The notes below the pieces were generated by a model. That model saw only the letters and a program-made list of their open reading frames with translations. It was not told where the DNA came from and ran no database searches. Below are positions 1 through 13,616 of a stretch of 64,000 nucleotides of DNA, one piece after another (the first letter of the stretch is position 1; each line of letters starts with the position of its first letter). Source of the stretch: Eledone cirrhosa (taxonomy: Eukaryota); NCBI GenBank assembly GCA_964016885.1, contig OZ024746.1, positions 46,190,001 to 46,254,000 on the forward strand, written 5' to 3'. The position numbers were made by a program, and so were the translations under genes.

Positions 1-164
1 TCTTCTTTCACAAAGTACACGTCTCCAAAATAAAGCAGTTATGTCTACATTATATATATATATATGTTTATCATTATAAATTTCCTTTTATAATAAAAAA
101 AATTCTCATTTAAATTATTTGCCAGATCCTAGAACAAAAGCTTGAATTCTAATTGTGTAAAATG

Positions 165-550
165 GTGCTGCACATTTTAAACCATTAAAAGCAAACAGAG
201 CTTCTTATATAGTCCTCTTCATCTACTACTCTATTGTCTCTTTTGAAAGTGAAACAGATTAAAGCTTTTCTTTTAATACTGTAGGTACTAAGCAAAATGT
301 GGTTTAGATTATAGTTTTGTCTGTATAAATAACAAGCATTCCATTTCAATGGTTTTTCCCATTTTCAGTTTGAATAGATCGTAATGCTGTTGAAGATGAA
401 GCCATCTCTCTTTTGTTCTTATAATCATCAGCTTGTCTCAAAATGGTTCATAATGTTTCTTCACTTGTTAGAACGAAAAATTATTTTCTTAGACCAATTT
501 TGTATGCTTTAATTATTTCAAAGTTTTGTTCTAAACTAAAAACTTCACCA
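165..550 (-). pseudogene. Degenerate Tigger/pogo-like transposase N-terminus (CENP-B-type HTH region)
   Basis: Minus-strand translation with stops and frameshifts: FSLEQNFEIIKAYKIG...SEETL*TILRQA...IEMECLL...IKRKA...WFK, resembling the psq/CENP-B HTH of Tigger transposases. Boundaries approximate. Confidence 0.45.
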
Positions 551-977
551 TGAGATATTGTGACCTTTTAGTATTTTTCTTATCAAATTGTTATCTAATC
601 GGTGAAAATACTTTAGCTTTAGAAAATCTGAAGATAGGATATGTCATATGTGTGAGGGAAAAATAGTCTGACCTTCTTTCAATTGGTATGAGGCAACTGT
701 TTGGGTGATGTTACACTGTTCAGTCACTCACCAATAGTAACTACTTTAATAAATGCACTGTCTGGTATGATTGTGTTAAGAGAAATTCAACCAATTCTGC
801 TGACATGATAAAATATACCCAATACACAATGTAAGGGGGTTAGCACATATGAGCAAGATTAGGTTGCTCCAAGCCATCTGGTTTGGACCTTGATGACCTG
901 ACCACTATGGAATATGGATGCACAATCATAATGATGAATTTAAAAATCATGTTAATTTGAACAGTAAACCGTGTTTA

Positions 978-1100
978 GTAATATATATATATATATCGAC
1001 AGTTGATTGACAAGATTCTAGACGATTGGGGTGGAGCTCACCAAATCGGACCGAGGAAACAATGTTTCGATTGGTCTTTCCAATTGCTAATACTATCTGT
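978..1100. repeat. Dispersed repeat next to (TA)n; inverted homolog at ~23080-23158
   Basis: caaatcggaccgaggaaacaatgtttcgattggtctttccaattgctaatactat is the near reverse complement of atagtattagcaattggaaagaccaaatgaaacatcgtttcctcggtccgatttg. Confidence 0.7.
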
Positions 1101-1600
1101 CACTCAAACACATAATGCATGCTAGTATTTAGAGTGAGTTGGTGGCTGATTTACAGAGTATGAGTCAGGAAATATGGATAACATCTTAGCTTGAGTATAG
1201 ACATTTAGTTTATAATTAACTTTCTTTTATTGAGTGTAATAGTTATCAGTTTGGCATTCAAAGGTCTCATCCTCTGAGTGTTTTGTTTAATGTAGGCTTT
1301 GTTTTCTGAGTTTATTATTTACATATTGGGACATTTGGTGATTACTTTGTGTTTGTTCTAAATGTATCTACATTGATTTAGGTGTTTGATGGTGCTATTT
1401 GCTTATTTTATATATATATATATATGATCATAAATATTTGGTCGTAATTTTTTAAAACACATTTACCTCTGCATCCACAGACTGATATTTTTCAGTTTCA
1501 GATGATCCTTCTTAGGGTGAAAGCAGAAATTGTTTGCTTAAACTTTTAGTCTGTGCTAATAATAAATATTTGCTTTACATACTCTATATACTTATATATA

Positions 1601-2002
1601 TTTCATTTCATTTCATTTTACGTCCGCCTTTTCCCTGCTTGCAGGGTGGAACGGGAACTGATTCTGGCTTGATTTCTACAGCTGGATGCCCTTCCTAACA
1701 CCAACCTCATTTACAGTGAGTGCTGGGTGCTTTTTTGCCATGGCACCTCCACGACCACTTTGCAGTGGAATGATATGGACCTCAGTCCCTATCATCTCAT
1801 TTCTACAGCTGATTAAACTGGAGCAATGGGAAATAAAGTGGCTTGCTCAAGGAAACAACACATCACCCGGTCTGAGAATTCAACTCACAACCTTTCGATT
1901 GCAAGGCCAATGCTCTAACCACTAAGCCATGTGCCTCCATTATGCTCTAACCACTAAGCCATGTGCTTCCATTATGCTCTAACCACTAAGCCATGTGCCT
2001 CC

Positions 2003-2004
<2 letters not shown>
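1601..2004 (-). mobile_element. tRNA-derived SINE (family B) with triplicated 5' head
   Basis: A-box-like TGGCTTAGTGG, B-box-like GAGTTGAATTC and LINE-type tail ttaggaagggcatccagctgtagaaa...ggacgtaaaatgaaatg. Highly similar to 25995-26359 and 63688-64000. Confidence 0.85.
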
Positions 2005-2035
<31 letters not shown>

Positions 2036-3481
2036 CAACACTTATCGAGGCCTCTCTGGATTTTGGTATTTGTATCCATTATCATTACTACTATATATAT
2101 ATATTATAAGGATTCTTGAGTGGGAACAGTTATATTTTCTTGTTTATATATTGTCCTATTCAAGCTATTGAATATTTAATGTAGTAGCTTAGTTATATTT
2201 CACAAGTTTCATTTTCTACCCAGAAGTCATTGACCATCATTGATTGCTGAAAGTAGTTATAAAAGCTAATTATATTTTTAAACCCCGCTTCTGATTTTGG
2301 AAGTTTTTTATTGGTTGCATTATTTCCATGCTTGAATAAGCAAAACTAATTACTTGCAAGAATAGTAAGCAATGATAGTAAACAAGCAAAGAGAATTCAA
2401 TAATAAAATGTTGAAGCTTGTTCACCTGAAATATTTGCCAAAAGAAAGTTTCTCAATAGCTACTGGTATTGATACATTAACATAAATATATTTATAACAA
2501 GGAAATTCTTTCAACCAACTTAAGTAGATCAATCAATTTCTTTTCTTTTTTTTTTCTTTCTTTTTTTTACATTCTCAAAGCATATTGATAACCTAAAAAT
2601 ATAGATGTGTAAATGATGGATATAGACTAAATTGCTACATATATCTGGCAAGGAATAAAAGACATGCACAAATAGATGCAGATATAATAATATAGAGTTA
2701 ATGATATTGAGTATAGAAATAAGTCAATTTCTCATATCATAGATTGTAGCAATAATAGAGTTTATAGCCTTAAGGTTTCTTTAAAATAATATTGTATATA
2801 TAGGTAACCTATATTATAATGGTTTTGGAGAAGAATAAAAGTTATGATAAAAGTGTATTCTAACAAGCCAATGCATAATTGAATGTTATATATGTATTCT
2901 AAAAGAACCTCAGTGGGCCAAATTGCTTCATCCATTTCAAAGTTTATTTCAAAAGAATAGTGAAGATTACTTAAGAATTAAAAGTTATCATTAGTTTGCA
3001 TACTAGTCACAATACTGTTTTGCATCAATGACAAAAGTGACTTAGCACTCACAGGCTTAGTCTGCATAGATATAATTAAGTAGACACATGAAGCATACTA
3101 ATATCAAAATTTCCAACATTTATAATATACATACAAAAAGACAGTTTTTATTATAAGTGAAATTGGCTATTTTTGTAATAGAATCTTCAAATGTTGGTTT
3201 TTAATTCACTGACACTGATCAGTGATATATACATATATATTAAGTCTGAACATAATGAACTCAAATTCCCATTGTCTCTGCTTCAGTCTCTCTCACCCTT
3301 CCCATCTCTCACTATTATAAACAAATGGGGGCCCATACATACAACAACACCCATACTTGCACACACATACAGACCTACATATATATATTAACTTAATTGA
3401 TGTTGTCTAAATTCCAATGAAAGTCTTGTGTCTATGTTAGAAACTGGCTTTCTTTCCTTCTATTGATGAACATTTATAAAA

Positions 3482-3883
3482 TAATTGTTTCTGATTTAGG
3501 CACAAGGCTAGCAATTTTGGGGGAGGGGAACTCAATTAAATCAAACGAGTGTGTGACTGGTACTTTATTTTATCGATCCAGGAAGGATGAAAGGCAAAGC
3601 TAATCTTGGTGGTATTTGAAATCAGAATGTAAAGGGCCGAAATTCTATGTCGTAAAGCATGTTGTGCAAAGCTCTATCGATACTGCCAATAATTGTTTCT
3701 ACTTTAGGCACAAGGCCAGCAATTACCCAGTGCATTACTGGTACTTTATTTTATCAACCCCATAAGGATGAAAGGCAAAGTCAACCTCGGCGGGATTTGA
3801 ACTCAGATCGTTAAGGGATGTAACTATGCTGGAAAGCATGCCAATCCACTGCCTTTATATACTCTACCGATACTGCCAATAAT
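3482..3883 (-). mobile_element. Two nested tRNA-derived SINEs (family A)
   Basis: Two successive copies of ggtactttattttatc...aggatgaaaggcaaag...gatttgaa; ctcta(t/c)cgatactgccaataat is duplicated at ~3672-3693 and ~3862-3883. Confidence 0.8.
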
Positions 3884-4398
3884 AAAACCAGAATAAAATA
3901 CCTGCTAGCATATATAACATCTTATAAAGACCTTACTTCTTCAGACAGGAGACTATACGTTATAAGATGCTGCTTTCCTGTCAATATTAGCTACATTTCA
4001 AATAGGAATATTTATTCAATATGGATTCTGAAAATCTTCTATTATCATATTTGCATATCCACCTAATGGAAATTTTGTCTTTAAATTTTGTGATATCATA
4101 TAATAATTTTCCTGACCAACAAGCAAATATTTTTCTGACATTTACATTAGCTTATTTTTGTATATTTCTTTTCTTTTCATACCCTGTAAAACTATAAACA
4201 AGTGCACAAAACATGTCAATATAAATTATCAGAGATTGACTATTTAACTTGTCTTTGCTCTTCTGTTATATGAGGTAGATAGCTCAGGAAGATTACAATA
4301 TCTAATTAATTGTATTAGTTTTATAAATCCTATTGCTCCTATATTATTAATTCTAACATTTTAGATTTAAATAATAATCCATTATATTTATTCCTTAT

Positions 4399-4580
4399 GG
4401 TGGATTGGCAGTATCGATAGAGTGTCGGACGCCATGCTTTCCAGCATAGTTACGTCCCTTTACGATCTGAGTTCAAATCCCGCCGAGGTTGACTTTGCCT
4501 TTCATCCTTACGGGGTTGATAAAATAAAGTACCAGTAATGCACTGGGTAATTTGCTGGCCTTGTGCCTAAAGTAGAAACA
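4399..4580 (+). mobile_element. tRNA-derived SINE (family A), essentially full length, 18-bp TSD
   Basis: A box TGGCAGTATCG, B box GAGTTCAAATCC; TSD attatatttattccttat at 4381-4398 and 4581-4598. Confidence 0.92.
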
Positions 4581-6063
4581 ATTATATTTATTCCTTATTG
4601 TCAATTTCCACCTTCAATTCACCCAAAACAGTTGCAATAAATATCCTTAAATTAATATTTTATTTTAAAACTCTCAAAGGTGATGTCACAGAAGACTTGC
4701 TTTTCCATGCATAGAGGAGGAAACAAAGATGGAGAACAGTCTGTACCAATGTCCCTCATAGACTGCCTCCAACTTAATACTCACCCACCCTCCCCTCATT
4801 ATCTAAATACCCCACCTTAGACCTCTTTTACACTCTTCCATCATCCCCACCCAACCTTGCATATCCAACAACTCCCACCATCATAGAATAACATTACAAG
4901 AAAATGTATGAACTAGATATGGTCTCATATCTGGCCTAGTGATAGAGTGTGACAGTCTATCTATCCCAGGCATCCATCGCATTACATGTCTAATGACTAT
5001 GTTTATATACTCTCCACACCCTTGATACATCTTTCCAGTTAAATTCATGTATTCATGCACAGAAAACTGAACATGCTCCACACCTCTTACAGAGTGGTTG
5101 CCAGGGTAAACAAAAACAAAAAAAAAACACCTAGTCCTGTACGATGGTAGTGGTGGTGCCACAATACTTTATATATTATAATAAAAAATGGAGTGAGATA
5201 TGTTTTAACAAACTACACTTGTTTGTAAAGTGGAGAAAAGGTTATTGTGACCCTAGTCAAGCGTGATGATGGAGACCTATATTCAAAGACAATCCTGCCA
5301 TGGTCACACTGTTATTTCTAGGACTACATTATTCAATGTATGTGTTCCTTGTTTGAGATAATAGGGTGTGCTTTGAGAGAGATTTGGCTGCTATTTTTAT
5401 CAGATCAATTGATCACATAGAAGCTCTCTCATTGGTTTGTAGAGAAAGGATGACTTTTCTAGTGATGAACAAGCAAATTTCTTGGTACTAAATATTTCTT
5501 CCATTAATTGAAATAAATAAATAGGAACTTGGTTATCTTATAAAGTATAAACCAACATCAGTATTAAATGTATAGAGATTAGAAACAAATTATTTATAGA
5601 GTTTTACTTTCATTACATTAAGTACATTATGCAAAGCAGAGAAAACACTATTGACTGTAAAAGAATATATATTTATTTACTTCAAATAATCAAACTAATC
5701 AATGTTAATGGTTTAATGGAAAAGAAGTAAACTTCTAATAAAATCATAAATAAAAATAAACTTATCCATTAAAAGGTTCAGTTTAATAGATTTTAACAAG
5801 GCTAAAACAATTAAGAAGGGTCAATTATTCAAGTGGTATGAGTGTACAGATATCTATAAAGTTTTGCATTATACGAATGATTCATTATTGAGATCTACAA
5901 AATAGTCTTAACATGTTCCTCTCTTCCTCTCCTCTGTCTCATAAATATTTTTCCTAATATTTTCACTACTATTAGGCAACTATATGAAGTCTGTCTCTGA
6001 AGGTTTTTTGTGCTTCATCAGCAATTCTCTTACAATAATCTAATCTCAGGTCAGTCTTCAGTA

Positions 6064-6210
6064 CTACTGGTAACATGTAACCCAGTACAGCCTGTCACAT
6101 GGTCAGGTCACCGGTTACTAAACTGACAACTCTTGCTTGGTGAGGAGGGTAATTTTGGACATCCTGCAGGATGAAAAATAAAACCTGACAAAAGATGGAG
6201 AAACAAATGT
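6064..6210. repeat. Dispersed repeat; homolog at ~30699-30840
   Basis: ctactggta(a/c)catgtaacc(c/t)agtaca...ggtgaggagg is shared between the two sites. Confidence 0.6.
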
Positions 6211-7832
6211 GAGTACAGATGTTTATATTGTGTGGATGTTTATATGTTTATTAAAGAGCATGCAGAATTGTAGTAGATTTCAGTGGTTGGCACTGGATGG
6301 TCTTTTGTGGCATCCCAGTGTCTGCTCAACATGCCATTCAGTGTGCTAATGATGTGCAATATATGCTCATTCAAGTTGAAGTTCATTTATAATCTAAATA
6401 GTAACCAGTAACCAGTCTAATTTCACTCAGCTAAAATTATTATCACTTTCCATCGTTAGACATATATCCTATTTGCAAGAATATTATTCCCTTCCATATC
6501 CTACAGGTAAACTGTGGGTAAACTCTACCACTTCCTAACATTATCAAGTTTTCAATGCTAACAACATACAGAGAAAAGCAAAATGAATTATTTCATTCAG
6601 TCAATTCATCATTATAACAATGAATAAAAGACAATAAATCAATAAACCAATACATAAGTTGCACAACAAAAGATACAAATTGATTAGAAATTTCACAGAT
6701 TTTCCTTCACTGATATTGAATATTTGTTTTGCATCAATGTTTTATGTATGTTATGATATATTAGAAGAACTTCAATGTCTGCCAATAAACTTTTCCATAC
6801 ACACCTAACTGATTACAAGTATTCAGAAGTATTACTACAAACTATTAACAAAAAAACAATATGACATTTTAGGGAAAGAGTTTTGAGTTGGGAGAAACAG
6901 TAAAACATAGAATATTTTGCAACATTAAATGTGCCTTACAGTATTTAATTTCAACCCTTACACTTTTGAATTTATATTCCATCAAGACTGATATTGCTTT
7001 CTCCCTTCCAGATTTTATAAAACTAGGATTTTTTCACCACATTGACGCATATATGTATGTGTGTGTGTGTATGTGCATATGCATACATTTATATGCATGA
7101 GTATATAAACATAAATGTGCAAACACAGACAAACTCACAGATATTCACACAAATACACATACATTCACACAAACACAGACATACTCATACACTCACACAC
7201 AGGATAGGAAATGGAATGCCAGCTGCTGTTTTGCTATAGTTTTTTCGCCATCCCCTTCTTTTGTTTTACACACACATACATTCACACAAACACACACACA
7301 TTGTGTGACAGGTGGACAGACGGAAGTCGCTCAAATTTATATATAGGGTAATATTGTAAAGTACTAAGTGTCATACTAAAGAGATACTAGTATACTACTG
7401 AAAGAGATTTCACCTTTTCTCTAAAAGATGTGGTCCTGTGTCAAATGCCAGCAACCCCACAGCCTCCCAAAAAATAAAACTAATATAAAAAAACATTCTT
7501 ATGTCAGATTTGGTCCAATTTTCCATGGATGGGTCAGGTCATCTTCAAAACAGCATCTCAACATTTGTTGCATTCTTTTGTAATTTCATTGTATGAGGTT
7601 CAGTTTTGTGAGATCAATTTCCCTACAGCTCAATATCTTCCTTCCTTGACCTTCCTCTTCTACAATTACTTTTCTTTAGGAACTCCTGGCATATTTTTAC
7701 TCCACTTATATGATACACTATCAACATACATACACATTACAAGTCAATGCCACTGCAGTCTTTTCTCTTGCACACAAATCCAACTCCTCTTATACCCATT
7801 TTTTTTCTTAACTTATCTCTGCTTTGTCATTA

Positions 7833-8886
7833 CCATATATACTCGAATATAAGCCAAAGAATATGTGACCAAAAGATAGATGGTAAAATGGAGGGAGGGG
7901 TCATCTTATATTCAGGGTCAATATTATGATGATTTTCACCCACTTCAAATTCTATGTAAATAAGATGCTAAAATACCTGGGGTGATTATTTCACAATCAA
8001 ACACTGTTTTTCTACATTTAATACAAACATCATTAGTGTTATCTCTGCATTCCCTTGAAAATATTTCCAACAATCTTTTATAATTTGAACTTTTTAATAC
8101 ATATCCCATAGACATACACTCATGCACATGCACACACTCATACATGTTTTTCTCTGACAATATTGTTTCTTTCAATCTTCTGATTTGATTTTATTGCTCT
8201 TTCTTTCTCTCCCTTCTTGCTCTAGCCCTCTCCTTTTCTTCCTCTACCTCTCCTCTCTCTCTTGCAATCTCTCTTTCCTACTCTATGAATCCATATACAA
8301 AGTTGTTTTATTTGATCTCTTGCTTTTGAGTGACCGAAAGTAAATGAAGTTTTGAGAAACTTGTTTAAAATTAACATAATGGAAATGCATTATGTAATAG
8401 AGTTGTAAAATAAAAACTATATTCTAAATGACACTGAAAATGTTTTAAACATCAATATGTTAAAACTTCATAAATATATTTTATACTCATGACAATTTCA
8501 AAACCATGCCGTCTAAATTTGTGTTAATTAGTTGCCACGGCTTATAAATGGGGTTGGGATTTTTGCCCATTTCATTATCATCATCATCACCGTTTTACAT
8601 TCATTCTTCCACGCTAGCATAGGTTAGATAAGTTGTCCTGTAATGGGCAATGCCAGGTCAGGTGACCATGTCTAGCTCCTACAGAACTGATTTTGGCTTG
8701 ATTTCTACAGCTGGATGCCCTTCTTTTCACCAACCTCATTTACAGTGAGTCCTGCATGCTTTTTACCATGGTGCCTACATGTCCACTTTACAGTGTGGAC
8801 TGGATGCTTTTTTGTCATGTCACCTAAACGACAAAAAATAGGGGGTTGGCTTATATTCAGAGTGGCTTCATTTTGAGTATATACAG
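7833..8886. mobile_element. Non-autonomous pogo/Tigger-like DNA element with TA TSD
   Basis: TA-CCATATATACTCGAATATAAGCC ... GGCTTCATTTTGAGTATATACAG-TA imperfect TIRs. The internal sequence recurs at ~38770-39650 and ~51285-51495; the termini recur at 49324-49518. Confidence 0.7.
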
Positions 8887-8889
8887 TAA

Positions 8890-9140
8890 TTATACACCCA
8901 GAAAAGCAGGCATACATTACTCCTTTCCAACTTTTATATATTTCTGCCTTTAATGTCAATGTCTCACTACTATAAGCCATTGCACTGAGAACACAAATGT
9001 CATACAATCTCCCCTTTTCTTGGAGAGAGAATCCCTTTGTTGCCAGGAAAGGTTAGAGCACCACATACAGCTTCCACTCTATTCGTATTCTAGCTACTAT
9101 GCTTTCAGAGCCTCATTTCCCACAACTAATTATACCATCC
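8890..9140 (-). pseudogene. RTE-type LINE ORF fragment
   Basis: ORF track YDICVLSAMAYSSETLTLKAE and upstream RIRIEWKL...FLATKGFSL resemble the post-RT region of RTE LINEs. Confidence 0.55.
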
Positions 9141-10069
9141 AATTAACAGAAATTATCAGTTAGCTTTATATAGCCCCTGTGAATTATAATATCTAGTTTT
9201 TCAGTTAGCCTGCCTGCAATAGCACTATACCTCTCATGTACACATATTTTGCATTTAGTATACTAAATTGAATTCCTTCTTAGACCTTTTCATGTCAAGC
9301 ATGGCCATTTCCCTCATGGTAACAAAGACTTAACTTTTTTCCTACTTACTAGAATTTTAGATATGATATTAGAATCAATAAACATTTCTTTAAGTTCACA
9401 CTGCATTTCAAACTATTTATATTTAACAGAAAGTTAGAGCTAATCTCAAATCGCCAAGACTCACGGATGTGATGATGCAGAACAGATGTGATGATGCAGT
9501 GGAAAGATGCTGTACTGAAAAGGACCCACCCAACCCATGCAAGTGTGCAAAAATGGATGTAAAAATGACAATGTTAATGATGATGATCATTATTTACCTT
9601 GGATTTCTAATACACAACTAAATATTCAGATGTTCACATGAAAGCAATATATTTTATATTTTGTAGGGTGTTCTGCCATAATAAATATATTCCTATCTTA
9701 GATAATCATTTCTTTAATCAAATAGATATCACCCTAAAGATGCACTGAGATGATGTTTCACATATCTACTTTTGTAACTACTTAGCTGAGATATCACGTT
9801 TATCAACTATTTTCTTTATCCATGAATATAGTATCTTCATGGCAATTTAGTGAGTGATAAGTCATCTCATGTGACTACATTAGATATTAGAAAACAACAA
9901 TTTTCTAAAGCTCTACTATCTGGATTTCATTTCTAAGGTATATCAATTTTGGTATGATGCTTTAGGTTACTTTTATTTCCCACTTAGTATGTTCTACTTA
10001 AAAAGTAAATGCACATTGGGCATTGAGTTGACCAATGTCTTGATAGTAGAACTGTGACAACCTGCCCCT

Positions 10070-10077
10070 ATATACAC

Positions 10078-10129
<52 letters not shown>
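10070..10129. repeat. (TA)n/(TG)n microsatellite
   Basis: Seen directly. Confidence 0.95.
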
Positions 10130-10131
<2 letters not shown>

Positions 10132-12015
10132 AGTATTTCCATAGAAAAGGTAAAGGAAAGAAGAGTTCAGGGTCTCTGTCATAAAACTGGTGAATAGATC
10201 TGTATTCTATTATTTTAAAGTTATAAAATATTCTTTTACAGATGACTTTTCTTCTCGAGTCTGGCAACTATTGTCTACACTTAAATATATAGAGTGTGCT
10301 TCACAAATGAATTGATGCAGCTTATATTCTGAGATTCATTGGTATGTCGTATGAACAATAACCAACAATACACAAACATTTAATTTTATCAAACCATAAA
10401 ATTTCAGTCAGCTCACTTGATATGATAATTGTTTTATAAAACCATCTGTCTTAAAACTTGTATCAAAGTACAGTTGCAAAAATCTGTACAGATGTCAAAT
10501 AGAGATGGTTACATTGATCTGGTCAGGTGGCTAAATAGGGTACTAACTTTGAGGTAGAAAGCCCTTGCCTCCTGAGGAAATGGGGTTAGACAACATGAAT
10601 ATCTATTGAAAATATCTCATTAATGATGACAGACTGGTTTGAGCCAAAAATATAAATGACTGAAGCAAGATGAAAATCGATGTCAATGATATACAACCAT
10701 TGTGGTTGATAAACATTAGATGAATCAGCAGCTAGTAGTATATCTAAAGCTTTCCCCAGACACAACATAGTATGTAAGTAGTAGAATTTAACTCACATAA
10801 ATTACTGTCTCCATTCCAAGGTGCATAGACACAAATAGTGATGCCTCCCCTTGGTTATTTAACCTGTTAGAAATAGCAGGAACATCCCCATCAAATTGCA
10901 CCTGAAGAATGTCATCATGAAATGGTTATGACTGGAACACCTTTGATCACAGGCTTGCACAATCGGTGCTGGCTTGCTGTTAAACAACCAACACAACCAT
11001 ATTGAAATACTATCACGATTCTGTATTTTTTATATTGAGTAGCATAAATGGCATTACAATAATATTGAATATTTGAATATTTTTAAAAGACTGAATGCAC
11101 TCAAGACATAAAAATTGCTAACAATTATCCTTGTTGCTTACACTACACCATGAAAATACTAGTAAAACATAATCCAATATATATTGATAGGCGGGAAGTC
11201 TTTTTTATGAAAAGATAGTATAAAAGAAAATATTGTGTTGTGTCATACCTAATTTAAATAAGGACATTAAACTGATGTGAGCAATATATAAAAAATGACT
11301 AAAAATACAATAAAGAAGTGAAGGAGACAATTCGTAAAAGTAAATACATAAAATATGATACAAAAAGATGTGACTATGTAAGTATATGTATAAGACTGTA
11401 ATGTAAGTGAGAATATATGCACAACTCAGAAATATTAACCAATCTGTACACATACATATAAACTCCCAACAGACGAGCACATTATCTATAAATAAAAATA
11501 TTAAAAACAAACTTGTGATGCGAAGCAAATAACCTGATTTACATTTTTAAAAAAAATCATCTTACTCATATAAAGAAAGCAAATTCTCCATACAACATTT
11601 TCATGAACAGTAAAGCATCATCATTATACTTCTAACAAATCCTAGGACTTAAATTCTTGGCTGACTCTTCGTTGTAAACCTAAATGTCTCCCTTAGTGAA
11701 AGCTACATTACAGGTATTGAGTTTCCATTACAGAACCAAGAGATATTAAAGATGTGAATGGAATAACAGCACAATTATCCACTACACCACTGCTTTTATA
11801 GATTTATTTGAGATTAGTGTCATCACCTTTGCTGTAGACGTTATGCCATTGATATAAATATGGTAAAGCCTCACGGCAGAATTTTGATTTATTTTCAGCA
11901 CATCAGTATAATAAGCCCAAATAGTCATATCTTATACTATTCCATAGACAGAGTCAACAACTGATTCCCAAAATTTGCTATCCAATTCATACTACACAGT
12001 AAGTTGTACAAGAAA

Positions 12016-12137
12016 TAATTGTTTCTACTTTTTGGCACAAGGCCAGCAATTATCTCAGTGTATTACTGGTACTTTATTTTATCGACCCCATAAGGATGAA
12101 AGGCAAAGTTAACTTCGGCGGGATTTGAACTCAGACC
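12016..12137 (-). mobile_element. 5'-truncated SINE (family A)
   Basis: Matches the 3' two-thirds of 4399-4580 in reverse; aaataat on both sides. Confidence 0.85.
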
Positions 12138-13616
12138 AAAAAATAATATTTCTTGTTTTACTTGGATGAAGACAACTACTACAAAGCCTTTGTTGATATG
12201 CACTTCTCAGTAGTTTGTCAATGTAAATGCCAAGCCTTTGTGTTTCTAGCCATAATTGTAAGTGCCTCCTATGTGTAAACAAATGTAGATACATTTCACA
12301 TCAACAGGTCCCATTCCTACTTCCAAGCTGAGGAGTGAGCCAAAGTTTGAGTATCTAATTTCATTTTTTAATGTAATGGTTTGGCCAGAACAGGCAGAAC
12401 TGTCCATGACCATCTTAAAAGCTTCCATGTTTGATGAGAAGAGATAAAGTTTTCCTCACACAAGGCAACTAGCCCAAATATTTTTCATTCAGTAGACTTT
12501 ATTAAAGACACACAAGGGCCAAGTAGTAGTGTTAATTAATTCAAAATGTAGTCATTTAACATTATGAATATTGTTGCATTGATGCTAAAATATTTATGTA
12601 AATAAATAAAAATACATGTGTTAAAATATGCAATGTCAGGCGACAGAAAAAACAACATTGAAAATTAACTTACAATACATGCTTCAAACTTTGTTAATTG
12701 GAGCAACAAACAATTTCTGCTTCAGACATTATTAAGACAATCTAATAAGATATTCTAAGCATCAAGTACAGCAATATAACTTATTTAATACTTTATTTGA
12801 TATTTTGAGTTTATCCTTGGGTCACCTCTTCTCATTAGTTTCCCAGAAATAATGTCATTAATTTCAATTATGTTGATATGGACAGGAATTGCATTCAAAA
12901 TAACTTTCCTCCAATTTTTCCTAACCTATGTCATATCAACAGGCAGGCCTAAATAATAATGAAATTATCAAAATCATCTTAGCTATTTTTCTTGCCTACT
13001 AATTAAGTAAAACAAAAATGGAAAACATTCTTGTAAAAGCCAAATAACTTGAAAGACAGGTGACCTTTAGTAGTTACAATGAAATGTTCTACCTTCTGCT
13101 GTATCTTCTAATCTTTTGCAATCTACCTGATGTTTTTCATTGATAGCTTTGTATGTATCTTACATTCAGCCATATACACATACAACTGTATATATAGAGA
13201 GAAACAAAAGCTAGAATGTTATAATTATATTTACACAGAACTCTATGTTGTTCCTCTAAGCAAGTTACTTCTGCTTGCCTCAATTTGTCTAACAGATTCT
13301 ACTCTAACTTTTTGACTGAATAGGAAGTGATAAGAAGTGATTATTGGTAAAATATGATTAGTCACATGAGGGAAATTCAATTGTAAAAAATTGCTTAATC
13401 TCGGCCACATTAGTATTTGAGAAGTAAAATGTTGGTCTACCATGAGAATAAAAATTTAATAAAATGTTACATATTCCACTCCCTCTTCACACACCAGTAT
13501 ACCTCCACTTATTAATGTTTCCATTTGATTGGTCCTTGCCAATGCAAACTTACCAACATGAATTCACGTGGATTATCATTGTTTAAAAACATTTTTAATA
13601 AACAAACATTTCTTAC

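Noticed and set aside
1911-2004. CRISPR-like 32-bp repeats
   Set aside because: Head-to-tail with no spacers, eukaryotic context, derived from a SINE head.
6888-7239. Short ORFs rich in H/T/Y/I/C/V (also 9998-10267, 23490-23735, 25805-26041, 63364-63735)
   Set aside because: Translations of (CA)n, (TA)n and (TG)n microsatellites.
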